Assembly (NCBI GenBank): GCA_963786935.1
Contig: CAWBAN010000003.1
Location: 128,001-192,000, forward strand
Origin: an uncultured bacterium
Lineage (GTDB): Bacteria > Krumholzibacteriota > Krumholzibacteriia > Krumholzibacteriales > Krumholzibacteriaceae
Length of the DNA: 64,000 nucleotides
Direction: 5' to 3'
Shown here piece after piece: positions 51,241-60,078 of this stretch. Position 1 is the first letter of the stretch; each line of letters opens with the position of its first letter. Under the pieces are notes generated by a model. The model worked only from the letters and a program-made list of their open reading frames with translations. It did no database searches and was not told the origin of the DNA. The translations under genes and the position numbers were made by a program.

Positions 51241-53319
51241 TCATCCACTCCTCGCCGGAGGCGCCGTCGGGAGCATGACGCTCACCGTCGCCCCCTCGCC
51301 GCGCGCGCCCGCGATCGATATCTTTCCGCCGTGCGCCTCGATAAGGTATTTGCACATCACGAGTCCGACGCCGAGCCCCTTCGCCTTCGTGCTGTAGAAC
51401 GGGTGGAAGAGGTGGTCCTTCAGATACTCGGGATCGAATCCCGGCCCCGAATCCTTCACGGAAATCACGGCCCATGCGCCGTCGACCGCCTCGACGAAGA
51501 CCCGCACGGCGCCGCCCCGCCCCGCCGCCTCGACGGCGTTCAGCACGAGATTGTCGACGACGCGGGCGACGGCGGCCTCGTCGACCTTCACGCGCGCCTG
51601 AGCGCCGCCGGCGAACTCGAGCGAGACGCCCGCGCCCGCGGCGGTCTGCCGCAGATCGTTGGTCACCCGCTCGACGAGCGACGAGAGATCGACGTCGCGC
51701 CTCGCGAAGGAGGCGGGCATCTTGTGGACGTTGAGCGACGTGATGAGGCCCCGCATCTTCTCGACCGAGCGCCTGATCGTCTCGAGGGCGTCCTGCTGGA
51801 AATCGGCGTTACCGATATTGCCCCGCGCGTTCTCCGCGACGAGCGAGAGCATGCCGACCGTGTTCTTGAGATCGTGGATCACGAACGAGGCGAACCGGTT
51901 GAACGAATCCATCTGTTTCGCCTCGATGATGCGCTCCTCCATGAGCAGGTTGTCGAGGGCGAGCTTCGCCTGGAACGCGATCGTCGCGAGGAAATCCCCG
52001 TCTTCCTCCGTGTACGCGCGGCCGAGGTCCTTTTCGCCGAGAATGATGAAGCCGCGGTTCTCGTCTCCGGAAGCGAGCCGCGCGACGGCATGGATCCATT
52101 TGCCGTCCTCGCGCGCGAGGCCGACGAGCGGCTTCTTGAACACGACCACCGGCTCGCGCGTCGTGAGCTTCTGGATGTCGCGGATGAGGTTCGGATCGAG
52201 CTTCTCCTCGTCGAAGCCGTAGTAGCCGGTCTTGCCGGGGCCGAGATCGGCCCAGATGGCGCCGCGCCGCACGAGCATCGTGTCGCACAGCGAGCTGATC
52301 ACGTTCGACAGGAATTCGTCGACGGTGGCGCCCGAGGTCATGATCTCGGCGTACCGGCGCCATTCCTTGCGATAGTTGTACCGCGCGAGGTAGAAGTTCT
52401 CGCTCAGGAAGGTGCGCAGGCGCTTCTTGGCCTTGCCCGAGATGAGCACGGCGAGCAGGAGAAAAGCGGCGAAGACGCCGACCACCGTCGCGGCGAGCCG
52501 GTCGTACGCGAAGCCGAGATGCCGGGCGAGGAGCGTGATGAGCCCGAGGGAGAGGAGGTAGAGCCCGGCGACGACGACGCTCACGAGCGAGGGAGCCTGC
52601 CGCGGCCGCATGTACACGCGGACGCCGAAGAGCGGATATCGGGTCGACGCGTAGATGAATGAGACGCACAGGACGATGATCGCGCAGGGCTGGGCGAGCA
52701 TGAAGTTGCGATCGAGAATCGAGATCGCCAGCAGCCTGCTCATCGTGATGAAATTGATGGCCGACGCGACGAGAATGCCGAGGAACGGGTACTTGAGGGT
52801 GACCTTATCGGCGACGGTCGCCGCGCGGTAGATGTTCTCGAACAGAACGAGAAAGAAGACGTTGACGAGGAGGAAATAGGCCGCGGCGGCGTGCCCGAGC
52901 ACCGAGAACTCCATTCCCCACAGCGAGCCGTTCCCGTAGAAATGGATCTTGCCGACGACGAGCCGCGCCGGGATGACGAGCGCCGCGACGGCGAGCGCGA
53001 TCGCCGCGGCGATGACCCAACGCGCCGGCACGGCGAGGAGCGCGTGGTCCTCCTCCCGCACGAACGCGACGAAGAACGGGACGGCGAGCGCTGGAAACAG
53101 CACGAGGAGCGCGATGATCAGGCGGAGCGAGGCGAGAACGGTCTGCGGTGTGCTCGCGAGCAGCATGATGAGCAGCGCGATCTGCGTGGCGGCGAGCGCG
53201 ATCGCGGAGAGAATGAAAAACGTTTTCTGCGGTTCGCGCTTCCCCCTGATCGCGTACATGACGACGATCGCGGCGAGCAGCGCGAGAGAAACGAGCGTCA
53301 GGATGGCGGGGACCTGCAT
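51241..53319 (-). CDS. prsK: PEP-CTERM system histidine kinase
   Basis: Multi-TM N-terminus, YNYRKEW, GAF-like region, FNRFASFVIHDLKN, HATPase. Confidence 0.9.
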   Translation of the reverse strand: MQVPAILTLVSLALLAAIVVMYAIRGKREPQKTFFILSAIALAATQIALLIMLLASTPQTVLASLRLIIALLVLFPALAVPFFVAFVREEDHALLAVPARWVIAAAIALAVAALVIPARLVVGKIHFYGNGSLWGMEFSVLGHAAAAYFLLVNVFFLVLFENIYRAATVADKVTLKYPFLGILVASAINFITMSRLLAISILDRNFMLAQPCAIIVLCVSFIYASTRYPLFGVRVYMRPRQAPSLVSVVVAGLYLLSLGLITLLARHLGFAYDRLAATVVGVFAAFLLLAVLISGKAKKRLRTFLSENFYLARYNYRKEWRRYAEIMTSGATVDEFLSNVISSLCDTMLVRRGAIWADLGPGKTGYYGFDEEKLDPNLIRDIQKLTTREPVVVFKKPLVGLAREDGKWIHAVARLASGDENRGFIILGEKDLGRAYTEEDGDFLATIAFQAKLALDNLLMEERIIEAKQMDSFNRFASFVIHDLKNTVGMLSLVAENARGNIGNADFQQDALETIRRSVEKMRGLITSLNVHKMPASFARRDVDLSSLVERVTNDLRQTAAGAGVSLEFAGGAQARVKVDEAAVARVVDNLVLNAVEAAGRGGAVRVFVEAVDGAWAVISVKDSGPGFDPEYLKDHLFHPFYSTKAKGLGVGLVMCKYLIEAHGGKISIAGARGEGATVSVMLPTAPPARSG

Positions 53320-53325
53320 GAACGG

Positions 53326-54849
53326 TCACCTCTTGAGCCGCGCGAGCTCCCGGTTCGCCGCGTCGGCGAGCTCGGTGCCGGGGTATTTCGCGGCGCACGT
53401 TTCGAGCTCGCTGATCGCCTGTGTTCGGTCACCGAGCTCCTTCTCGTAAATCGAGGCGGCCCGCAGATAGTTCCGGCGGAAGGGGGAATAATCGGGATAA
53501 CGGTCGACGATCGCCGTCAGCCGCTCGGCCGCCTCCTTCCAGCGCTTCATCTCGGTGAGCGTGCGGACGCCGTACTGCTCGGCCATGATCCTCGTCGCGG
53601 GGAGACGCTGCCCCGATGCGAGCTTCTCGTAATGCGCGAGCGCTTGATTGTACGCGGCCGCCGCCGCGTCCTGCGCGCCCCGCTCGCGGTAGATGGACGC
53701 GATTCGAAGCGGCGCCTCGAATCCCTGAAGCGTCTCGGGGTAATCCGTGTAGAGCGATCGATAGCGGAGCGAGGCGGCTTCCGTATCTCCCCGGAGCTCG
53801 TCGATACGCGCGAGCTGCCATTGCGCCTCGACGACCGCCGGCACGCGATCCTTGAATTCGTCGGTGATCCGCCGGTACAGCGATGCTGCTTCGTCGAACC
53901 GCTTTGCGTTCCGGTGGATCCCCCCGGCCGCGAGGAGCGCGTCCGTCGCCTCGCGGCTCTTCGGATAGTTTTCGTAAACCGAGCGGTAGAGCTCGAGCGC
54001 CTTCGCCGCGTTCCGCAAGCCGTCCTCCTGGATTCTCCCCTCGAGGTACGTGACGGCCGAAACGTCCTGCGGATTGTCGCCGTAATTCTTTTTGATCTCT
54101 TCTGCAAACTCGCGCGCCCGGGTCCAGTTCTTCTGCTGCACGTACGCGGCGAGGAGGTTGAATCTCGCTTCGCGGAGAATCGCCGGATCCTCCTCCCGCT
54201 CGATGATGGAGCCGAAAACGCGCTCCGCCTCCGCGAGCCAGCGCTGCGCCCCGGCGGGATTTCCCTGCCGTTCGGCGAGCGCGGCGAGCTTGAGCGGCGT
54301 GACGAGGTAGCGCAGATTCATGCGGACGGTGAGCGCGATCGAATCGGCGGCGAGGAACCGCTCGGAGAACCGCGCGTAATAGCCGGTTGCCTGCGCGTCC
54401 TCTCCGAGCTCCTCGGAGATGACGCCCGCCGAATAGAGCGCGTTCGCGAGCGCGGGAGGGACGTTCCGCGCGAGCTCTATGGCCTTCTCGAAATCGCCTC
54501 GCGCTTCCCGGAGCAGCCCGCCGCGATACTCGAGCTCGCCGAGCTCCATCTGGGCTGAAACGACGATCTCCTCCATGCCGGGGACGGCGCCCATGGAGCC
54601 CGCGTACTCGCTCACGATTCCGCGATACGCCTCGGCCGCCTTCGCGATGAATTCGCTCTTCATGCCGCCCGCGTACAGGTCCTCCTTGAGCTTTCTCGCC
54701 TTGAAGAGCCTCTTCTCCGCGGCGTAGCGCTCGCTGTCCTTGGCCGGGCCGCACGCGGCGAGCAGGAGAGCGGCGGCGACGGCGACCGCTGCCGCGGCGC
54801 GGCGGGCGGCCCGGCCGTTCGAAGCGCCGAGCATCCGAGACTTGTTCAT
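53326..54849 (-). CDS. TPR-repeat lipoprotein in the exosortase operon
   Basis: Lipobox LAAC; repeated 'A...Y......YP' TPR helices. Confidence 0.8.
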   Translation of the reverse strand: MNKSRMLGASNGRAARRAAAAVAVAAALLLAACGPAKDSERYAAEKRLFKARKLKEDLYAGGMKSEFIAKAAEAYRGIVSEYAGSMGAVPGMEEIVVSAQMELGELEYRGGLLREARGDFEKAIELARNVPPALANALYSAGVISEELGEDAQATGYYARFSERFLAADSIALTVRMNLRYLVTPLKLAALAERQGNPAGAQRWLAEAERVFGSIIEREEDPAILREARFNLLAAYVQQKNWTRAREFAEEIKKNYGDNPQDVSAVTYLEGRIQEDGLRNAAKALELYRSVYENYPKSREATDALLAAGGIHRNAKRFDEAASLYRRITDEFKDRVPAVVEAQWQLARIDELRGDTEAASLRYRSLYTDYPETLQGFEAPLRIASIYRERGAQDAAAAAYNQALAHYEKLASGQRLPATRIMAEQYGVRTLTEMKRWKEAAERLTAIVDRYPDYSPFRRNYLRAASIYEKELGDRTQAISELETCAAKYPGTELADAANRELARLKR

Positions 54850-55667
54850 GATCCCTCCTGTGCGGTTCGCGTCTTGACGAAAAATACCGTGAGCCCTCCC
54901 ATGAGGAGGTATGTCGCGACGAACTGGATGGCTTCCCCCGCTATCTGCACGTGAATGAGGAATTCCGGCGATATCTGGAACGCGATGGCCTCCGGATTCA
55001 TGCTCAGGAGCATCGTCGGGATGGTGAGCAGGAACGGCACGATGACGAGGAGAATCGATTCGACGAAGTGGCGTCCCGCGAAACCGAAGCTCCGCCGAAT
55101 GGCGTCGGGCGCCGAGCGACCCTCGAGGAGAACGAACGGGATCGTGTACAGGAGGAACGAAAGGCATATGACGCCGATGAGCGCGCTCGCGGCGAGGCCG
55201 ATCGCGGCGCCGGCGATTCCGTCGAGGAGCGCCTGGGGATACCGGAAACAGACGAACAGGGCGACCGCCGCGACCGCCGCGACGAGGACGAGGTGAACGT
55301 ACCGCCGCGCCGCCGCGTGCAGGCTCTCGCGAACGCCGAGCGGCGCGCGCTTCAATGCCGCGGCGACGAGCAGCACGGTCGCGCCCTGCGCCAGAACGAG
55401 CACGAACACCTCGAGCGGAATGTCGAGCCTCCCGAGAATGGAGCCCATGAAGAAGAGGTGCTCGGGATAGTGCGTGATCAGCTCGGCGTCGGAGCTCGGC
55501 TTCAGCAGCGTCCAGAAACCGGGCGCCTTCGCGCCGCTCAGCACGTAGAGCGCGATGAGGCCGAGCTGCAGCAGAAAGTAGAGGAGGAGCGGAACGGCGA
55601 GCGTGCCGCGCTGCAGGGACGAGAGGGCAGTTCCGAAGCACCTGAACACGCGCGCGATTCGATTCAT
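54846..55667 (-). CDS. Integral membrane protein
   Basis: About 6 hydrophobic segments; 4-nt overlaps with both neighbours. Confidence 0.75.
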   Translation of the reverse strand: MNRIARVFRCFGTALSSLQRGTLAVPLLLYFLLQLGLIALYVLSGAKAPGFWTLLKPSSDAELITHYPEHLFFMGSILGRLDIPLEVFVLVLAQGATVLLVAAALKRAPLGVRESLHAAARRYVHLVLVAAVAAVALFVCFRYPQALLDGIAGAAIGLAASALIGVICLSFLLYTIPFVLLEGRSAPDAIRRSFGFAGRHFVESILLVIVPFLLTIPTMLLSMNPEAIAFQISPEFLIHVQIAGEAIQFVATYLLMGGLTVFFVKTRTAQEGS

Positions 55668-56365
55668 TCGGTCCTTTCCGGTGACGCGGCGCCCGGAGCG
55701 GCGGCCGCCGCGCGCGGGGGCGCGGCGCCAGAGCCGCGCAACGCCTCATCGATGAAGGGCGCGAGAGCTTCCGCGAAGCGCTCGAGCTCGCTCCGGGCGG
55801 CTCCGGCCCGCTCGCCGGCCTCGTCGATCGAGAACCGCACGAACGCGGTCGCCTGCGGCCTCGCCAGAAGCGAGTTTTTCATCTGGTTCCATTTGAGCGC
55901 GAACTCGTTCGTGAGGATCCCATCGGCGCTCGAGAACCAGTATAGGATATCGTGCGTTTTGACACCATCCGATATCGTGAGATATTTGATCCGGACGGTT
56001 TCGCCGTCGAGCGACAAGCCCGTCGAACCCTCGTCGAGGATGACCCATCCTGCCCCGGGGTAGCAGTGCTTCGGCGAGTGTATCTGCGAGTTTTCGTGCT
56101 GCCGCCCGAAATAGCCGATGAAGAGCCAGACGAGGAGCCCGGAATCGCCGCGGTACGTTCGGAACAGGGTGGCGTCCGCCCCGAGCAGCTCGAGCGTCTC
56201 CGCGTCCTCGGTCTCGTCCGCGCCGGTGAAGGCGCCGATCCGCGCCGGAATGGAATCGAGGGCCGGCGCCGGCGGGCGTTCGATTTCCCGGTACCGGAGC
56301 ACGTACGTGTAGGCGACGAGCACGGCGAGCAGAGGGATGACGACGATGTATCCTCGAGCGCTCAT
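55664..56365 (-). CDS. epsI: EpsI-family (exosortase-associated) protein
   Basis: N-terminal TM, LFIGYF, IHSPKHCYPGAGW, YWF. Confidence 0.88.
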   Translation of the reverse strand: MSARGYIVVIPLLAVLVAYTYVLRYREIERPPAPALDSIPARIGAFTGADETEDAETLELLGADATLFRTYRGDSGLLVWLFIGYFGRQHENSQIHSPKHCYPGAGWVILDEGSTGLSLDGETVRIKYLTISDGVKTHDILYWFSSADGILTNEFALKWNQMKNSLLARPQATAFVRFSIDEAGERAGAARSELERFAEALAPFIDEALRGSGAAPPRAAAAAPGAASPERTE

Positions 56366-57216
56366 TTTTTCCATTTCAGCGCGCCCCAGACGGCGAGCAG
56401 CATGACGAATCCCGTGACGAACACGATGAGCCCCGAGATCTCGTGGAGCATCCCGTCGGCGAAGGCGGGGCTGACCGCGGAGGCGCCGACGGCGGTCACC
56501 GCGAGACGGATCGTGTTCGCCGCGACGGCGATGGGGACCGACGACGCGGCGAGAATGATCCGCCGGCGGACGCTGAGCCCCGGGAGCGCGCACATGACGA
56601 GGGCCAGCGTGACCATGGTCATGAGGGACCGCAGTCCGCTGCAGGCCGCGACCACCTCGAAGGTGTAGTCGGGGAGCAACAGTATGTTCCCGTGCCGGAT
56701 GACCTCGAGGCCGATGAATTGGATGAGTCGCGCGCTCAGCCTCGCGCTCATGATCTGCATGGGGAAGGTGAGCTTGTAATAGATGATATACGGGAGCGGA
56801 ATCATCATGAACAGAAAGAGGAGCGGGAACGCGGCGCGCCGGACGAATTCCCATCCCCTGAGGGCGAGGAGGATCCCGATGAGCATGATCGGAAGCGACA
56901 CGCGCGCCGTGAAGAGCTCGGAGGCCGCCGTGCCTCCGACGATGAGCGCCGCCGCCGCGAGCATCGCGGCGCTTCCCGCGAGGATGGCCCGCGACCCGGA
57001 GGCCGCCCTGAGCGCGGCGCGCCTGCGCCACAGCAGGTACGCCGATACGATCGGCACGGCGAGCCCGTGCTGGTAGTTCGGGTCGTTCCAGCACTGCTTC
57101 GCGAGCGGCGCCACGACGGGGGCGTAGAGCGCGGCGAACAGCACGGCCGCGGCGAGCGACAGCGCCGCCGCGCCGCCTCGAACCGGTCGAACGGATGATG
57201 TTGCGGCATCGCTCAC
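56362..57216 (-). CDS. Exosortase (EpsH family)
   Basis: W.DPNY.HG, VVAACSGLRS (Cys), NTIR (Arg), HEISG (His); multi-TM. Confidence 0.93.
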   Translation of the reverse strand: MSDAATSSVRPVRGGAAALSLAAAVLFAALYAPVVAPLAKQCWNDPNYQHGLAVPIVSAYLLWRRRAALRAASGSRAILAGSAAMLAAAALIVGGTAASELFTARVSLPIMLIGILLALRGWEFVRRAAFPLLFLFMMIPLPYIIYYKLTFPMQIMSARLSARLIQFIGLEVIRHGNILLLPDYTFEVVAACSGLRSLMTMVTLALVMCALPGLSVRRRIILAASSVPIAVAANTIRLAVTAVGASAVSPAFADGMLHEISGLIVFVTGFVMLLAVWGALKWKK

Positions 57217-57313
57217 GCGGGGCCTCCTTCGATCGCATATTCTTATATCATGGAGTCGCTTCGATACAAGCAGAATGAATGGGGCGGCGGCTCCGCGACG
57301 GATGGGGTGAAAT

Positions 57314-57347
57314 AAAAAGAGCGGGCGCCTTCGCAGGGCGCCCGCTC
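57314..57347 (-). terminator. Intrinsic terminator of the PEP-CTERM gene
   Basis: gagcgggcgcc/ggcgcccgctc stem with an A5 run on + (U5 on -). Confidence 0.8.
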
Positions 57348-57377
57348 GAAACCGACGCGACGAACGAAAGGAGAGGC

Positions 57378-58100
57378 CTAGGCTCTCTTCCTTTTCAGAA
57401 TCGGAACCATTCCGAGGAGGCCGAGGCCGAGCAGGCTCAGCGTTCCCGGTTCCGGAGTCGCATGCCGGTCATTGTAGTACGACGCGTCATGCGAATAGGG
57501 GTTCGTGAACGTGCGGCCGTGAGAGTCGACTCCCACCGCATCGAAGTGAGTCCAGCTGTATCCGCTCACGACGACGTTGAGGAGGAGTTCGTCTCCCCAG
57601 CCCGGATTGGTCATCGAGCCCGACATATAATCGTAGGCGTTGATCTGATCGTTGTCGATCCGCCCGATGTTCATGAAGCCGAACCGCCCGATGGCCGCCG
57701 GCATATGGAATCTCAGGCTCGGATTCGGATCGAGCTCGCCCGGCAGGTTCGACCAGTAGCCGCCGAAATCGGTCATCTCGACGCCGTTGATCCAAACGGT
57801 CCCGGCCTGGCCGATCGGCGTGCTGATCATGAGGTAGGTGTTCATGAAATCGTACATGCGCCCCGAGCGGCCATGGCCGAGCGCGGTGGAGCCGCCGCCG
57901 CCGCTCGCCGGATTCCAGTAACCAACGACCTTGAGATCGAAGTTCGTGCTGTTCGTGATCCAGGAATCACGCTCCAGCGAATGGAGGCGCTCGTAGGTCG
58001 AGCCCACGATGTAGGTCTGAAGCCGCGGCACCGCGAGCGCGTTGCCGGCGATCACCAGAAGGAACAGGCTCATAACTGCAAGTGCGGTAAGTCGTTTCAT
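57378..58100 (-). CDS. PEP-CTERM sorting-domain protein (choice-of-anchor N-like)
   Basis: Signal peptide, then PRLQTYI...; ends TPEPGTLSLLGLGLLGMVPILKRKRA. Confidence 0.92.
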   Translation of the reverse strand: MKRLTALAVMSLFLLVIAGNALAVPRLQTYIVGSTYERLHSLERDSWITNSTNFDLKVVGYWNPASGGGGSTALGHGRSGRMYDFMNTYLMISTPIGQAGTVWINGVEMTDFGGYWSNLPGELDPNPSLRFHMPAAIGRFGFMNIGRIDNDQINAYDYMSGSMTNPGWGDELLLNVVVSGYSWTHFDAVGVDSHGRTFTNPYSHDASYYNDRHATPEPGTLSLLGLGLLGMVPILKRKRA

Positions 58101-58170
58101 TTAATCTCCTTTGCTCTGCGTCGGTTTCTCATATACTTACTTACCATTTATTCACTCTGCCATCCCATTA

Positions 58171-58283
58171 CGCAAGGGGCATGCCGCTCGGGTTAGAATT
58201 ATAATATGTTATAAATCAATGAGTTATGAATTGTAATGGTTGGGGTATTTTGCCCAGGCTCATAAATGTAAGGATTCCCGACG
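58171..58283 (-). promoter_or_regulatory. Sigma54 promoter + IHF site + candidate PrsR enhancer for the PEP-CTERM gene
   Basis: Minus-strand CGGCATGCCCCTTGCG (58171-58186, GG-N10-GC); exact IHF consensus AATCAATGAGTTA (58214-58226); TGT-N11-ACG (58267-58283). Confidence 0.8.
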
Positions 58284-58356
58284 AAAACCCCGCCCGCCGG
58301 CGACAAGTGCAATGTGCTCAAGGCGATTCCCTTTATGGGATGAGGAAAGATAGTCA

Positions 58357-58385
58357 TTGAAATTATACCGCGGCTATGATAGAAT
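58357..58385 (+). promoter_or_regulatory. Sigma70-type promoter
   Basis: TTGAAA-N17-TAGAAT with extended -10 TG. Confidence 0.6.
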
Positions 58386-58465
58386 GAACAAAGGACGGGA
58401 TCTTCTGGGGTTTTGGATGATGTGACGAGATATATGAGTCAGTATCCTCAGACAGGGTGCGGTTA

Positions 58466-58577
58466 AGGAGGTGATAGAAGAGGTTAAAGGTACATGATAG
58501 ATGTTCTTGCATCAAGTTCGCAGCGTGGCTTTTGGCATTCAGCTTGGCTTCACGAGTCCCGATGAAAAGGAGTAGTC
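58466..58577 (+). promoter_or_regulatory. Conserved 5' leader, copy 1
   Basis: Blocks AGGAGGTGATA, AAAGGTACA, CTTGCATCAA and AGCTTGGCTTCACGAGTCCCGATGAAA are shared with 59317-59429. Confidence 0.7.
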
Positions 58578-59126
58578 ATGAGGGCTGCAATTATCGCAAC
58601 GTTGATTCTTCTGCTTCCGGCTGCTCTGTTCGCTGGCCCGACGATTGGAGTTTATTTCACGTACGCACCGACCCAGATGCACTACAGCCCGATGCCGTTC
58701 GAGCAGTTCAACGGCTATCTTTACGAGCATAATACGGCGTGCTATCTGAACGCAGTTGAGTATGCTCTCGAGCTTCCGGCGGGTATCATTCTGATGAGCT
58801 ACACTTTGCCCGCGGCGTATGTCGAGCTCGGTGCTCCCCTGACCGGTCATTCGATCGCGATTTGGCCTCCGATGGACGGCTGGAACCCCGGCTACAACCT
58901 GCTCAACACGTTCCGGTTTATGGCTATCAATTCGTGCCCGGCCACCGGCGGCACGTTGCTGGACGCGCCTCTCCGCATCATCGCGAACCCGGAGAGCGGC
59001 ATGCTTCAGTACTCGTGCTTCCCGGATAACAACCTCCTCCCCTACACGGGCTTGACCTCGATCTTCTGCCCGGAACAGTACGGTGTCGAGGAAACGAACT
59101 GGGGCGCGATCAAGAGCCTCTTCTAA
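58578..59126 (+). CDS. Exported beta-rich protein with C-terminal WGAIKSLF tag, tandem copy 1
   Basis: Signal peptide MRAAIIATLILLLPAALFA; ends VEETNWGAIKSLF; AGGAG RBS. Confidence 0.9.
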   Translation: MRAAIIATLILLLPAALFAGPTIGVYFTYAPTQMHYSPMPFEQFNGYLYEHNTACYLNAVEYALELPAGIILMSYTLPAAYVELGAPLTGHSIAIWPPMDGWNPGYNLLNTFRFMAINSCPATGGTLLDAPLRIIANPESGMLQYSCFPDNNLLPYTGLTSIFCPEQYGVEETNWGAIKSLF

Positions 59127-59152
59127 GAGCGGGAAAATCGCTTGTCCCGACG

Positions 59153-59183
59153 AGCCGGGCGCCCGAGGCGCCCGGCTTTTTTT
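59153..59183 (+). terminator. Intrinsic terminator
   Basis: agccgggcgcc/ggcgcccggct stem followed by a T run. Confidence 0.88.
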
Positions 59184-59198
59184 ATCCGTGGATGAATG

Positions 59199-59227
59199 TT
59201 GTATTCTGACCCCATCTGTGATATAAT
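59199..59227 (+). promoter_or_regulatory. Sigma70-type promoter
   Basis: TTGTAT-N17-TATAAT with extended -10 TG. Confidence 0.65.
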
Positions 59228-59316
59228 AGCCGCAGACAAATCTCACTCAATCTAAATGAATGCGTGGAGCTGCGGCTCGACGGGAGTTTGGCGCTTATTC
59301 GGAGAAATGAGACACG

Positions 59317-59429
59317 AGGAGGTGATAAGGGAGGACAAAGGTACAAAGGCCTATCTGCCTTGCATCAATTTTGGAGCGTAGTTTTCGGCACTTAGCTTGG
59401 CTTCACGAGTCCCGATGAAAGGAGTAGTC
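59317..59429 (+). promoter_or_regulatory. Conserved 5' leader, copy 2
   Basis: Same ordered blocks as 58466-58577. Confidence 0.7.
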
Positions 59430-59975
59430 ATGAGGGCTGCAATTATCGCAACGTTGGTTCTTCTGCTTCCGGCTGCTCTGTTCGCCGGTCCGACGATGGG
59501 GATCTACTTCACGTACACGCCGGGCCAGATGACCTATAGCCCGAATCTTAATGAGATGTTCACTGCGTATGTCTACGCGCAGAACAGCGCGTGCTATCTC
59601 ACTGGCGCAGAATTCGAGATCTGCTACCCGCCGGGCGTTTTTGAGCTTGGATGGGAAGTCCCCCCGGGCAGCCTTACGCTCGGTTCCGGCCCCGACACGG
59701 GTATTGCAATAGCCTATTGGCCGCCCATGGACGGCTGGAATCCCGGCTACAACCTGCTCTGCACGCTCCATCTATTCGCGGCAATGGGATGCGGCGAGGG
59801 CGGCATGCTCGACGCGCCTATTGCGATCGTCATGCATCACGAAACAGGGCTCATCCAGGGCAGCTGCTTCCCCGAGAACACCCTGTTTGAGTTCACGGGC
59901 CTGGAATCGATCATCTGCCCGGGCTGTGTTGGTACTGAGGAAACGAACTGGGGCGCGATCAAGAGCCTCTTCTAA
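59430..59975 (+). CDS. Exported beta-rich protein with C-terminal WGAIKSLF tag, tandem copy 2
   Basis: Paralog of 58578..59126 (shared WPPMDGWNPGYNLL); ends TEETNWGAIKSLF. Confidence 0.9.
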   Translation: MRAAIIATLVLLLPAALFAGPTMGIYFTYTPGQMTYSPNLNEMFTAYVYAQNSACYLTGAEFEICYPPGVFELGWEVPPGSLTLGSGPDTGIAIAYWPPMDGWNPGYNLLCTLHLFAAMGCGEGGMLDAPIAIVMHHETGLIQGSCFPENTLFEFTGLESIICPGCVGTEETNWGAIKSLF

Positions 59976-60001
59976 GAGCGGGAAAATCGCTTGTCCCGAC
60001 G

Positions 60002-60031
60002 AGCCGGGCGCCCGAGGCGCCCGGCTTTTTT
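60002..60031 (+). terminator. Intrinsic terminator (same stem as 59153)
   Basis: Identical stem followed by a T run. Confidence 0.88.
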
Positions 60032-60078
60032 ATTGTTGGTGCCTTTCGGCCCGCTGTGTCAATATAGCGGCACCTATC

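Noticed and set aside
58533..58548. Sigma54-like TGGCA...TTG in the WG-tag gene leaders (also near 59386-59401)
   Set aside because: It reads GG-N10-GG rather than GG-N10-GC, and good sigma70 promoters lie upstream. Kept only as part of the conserved leader.
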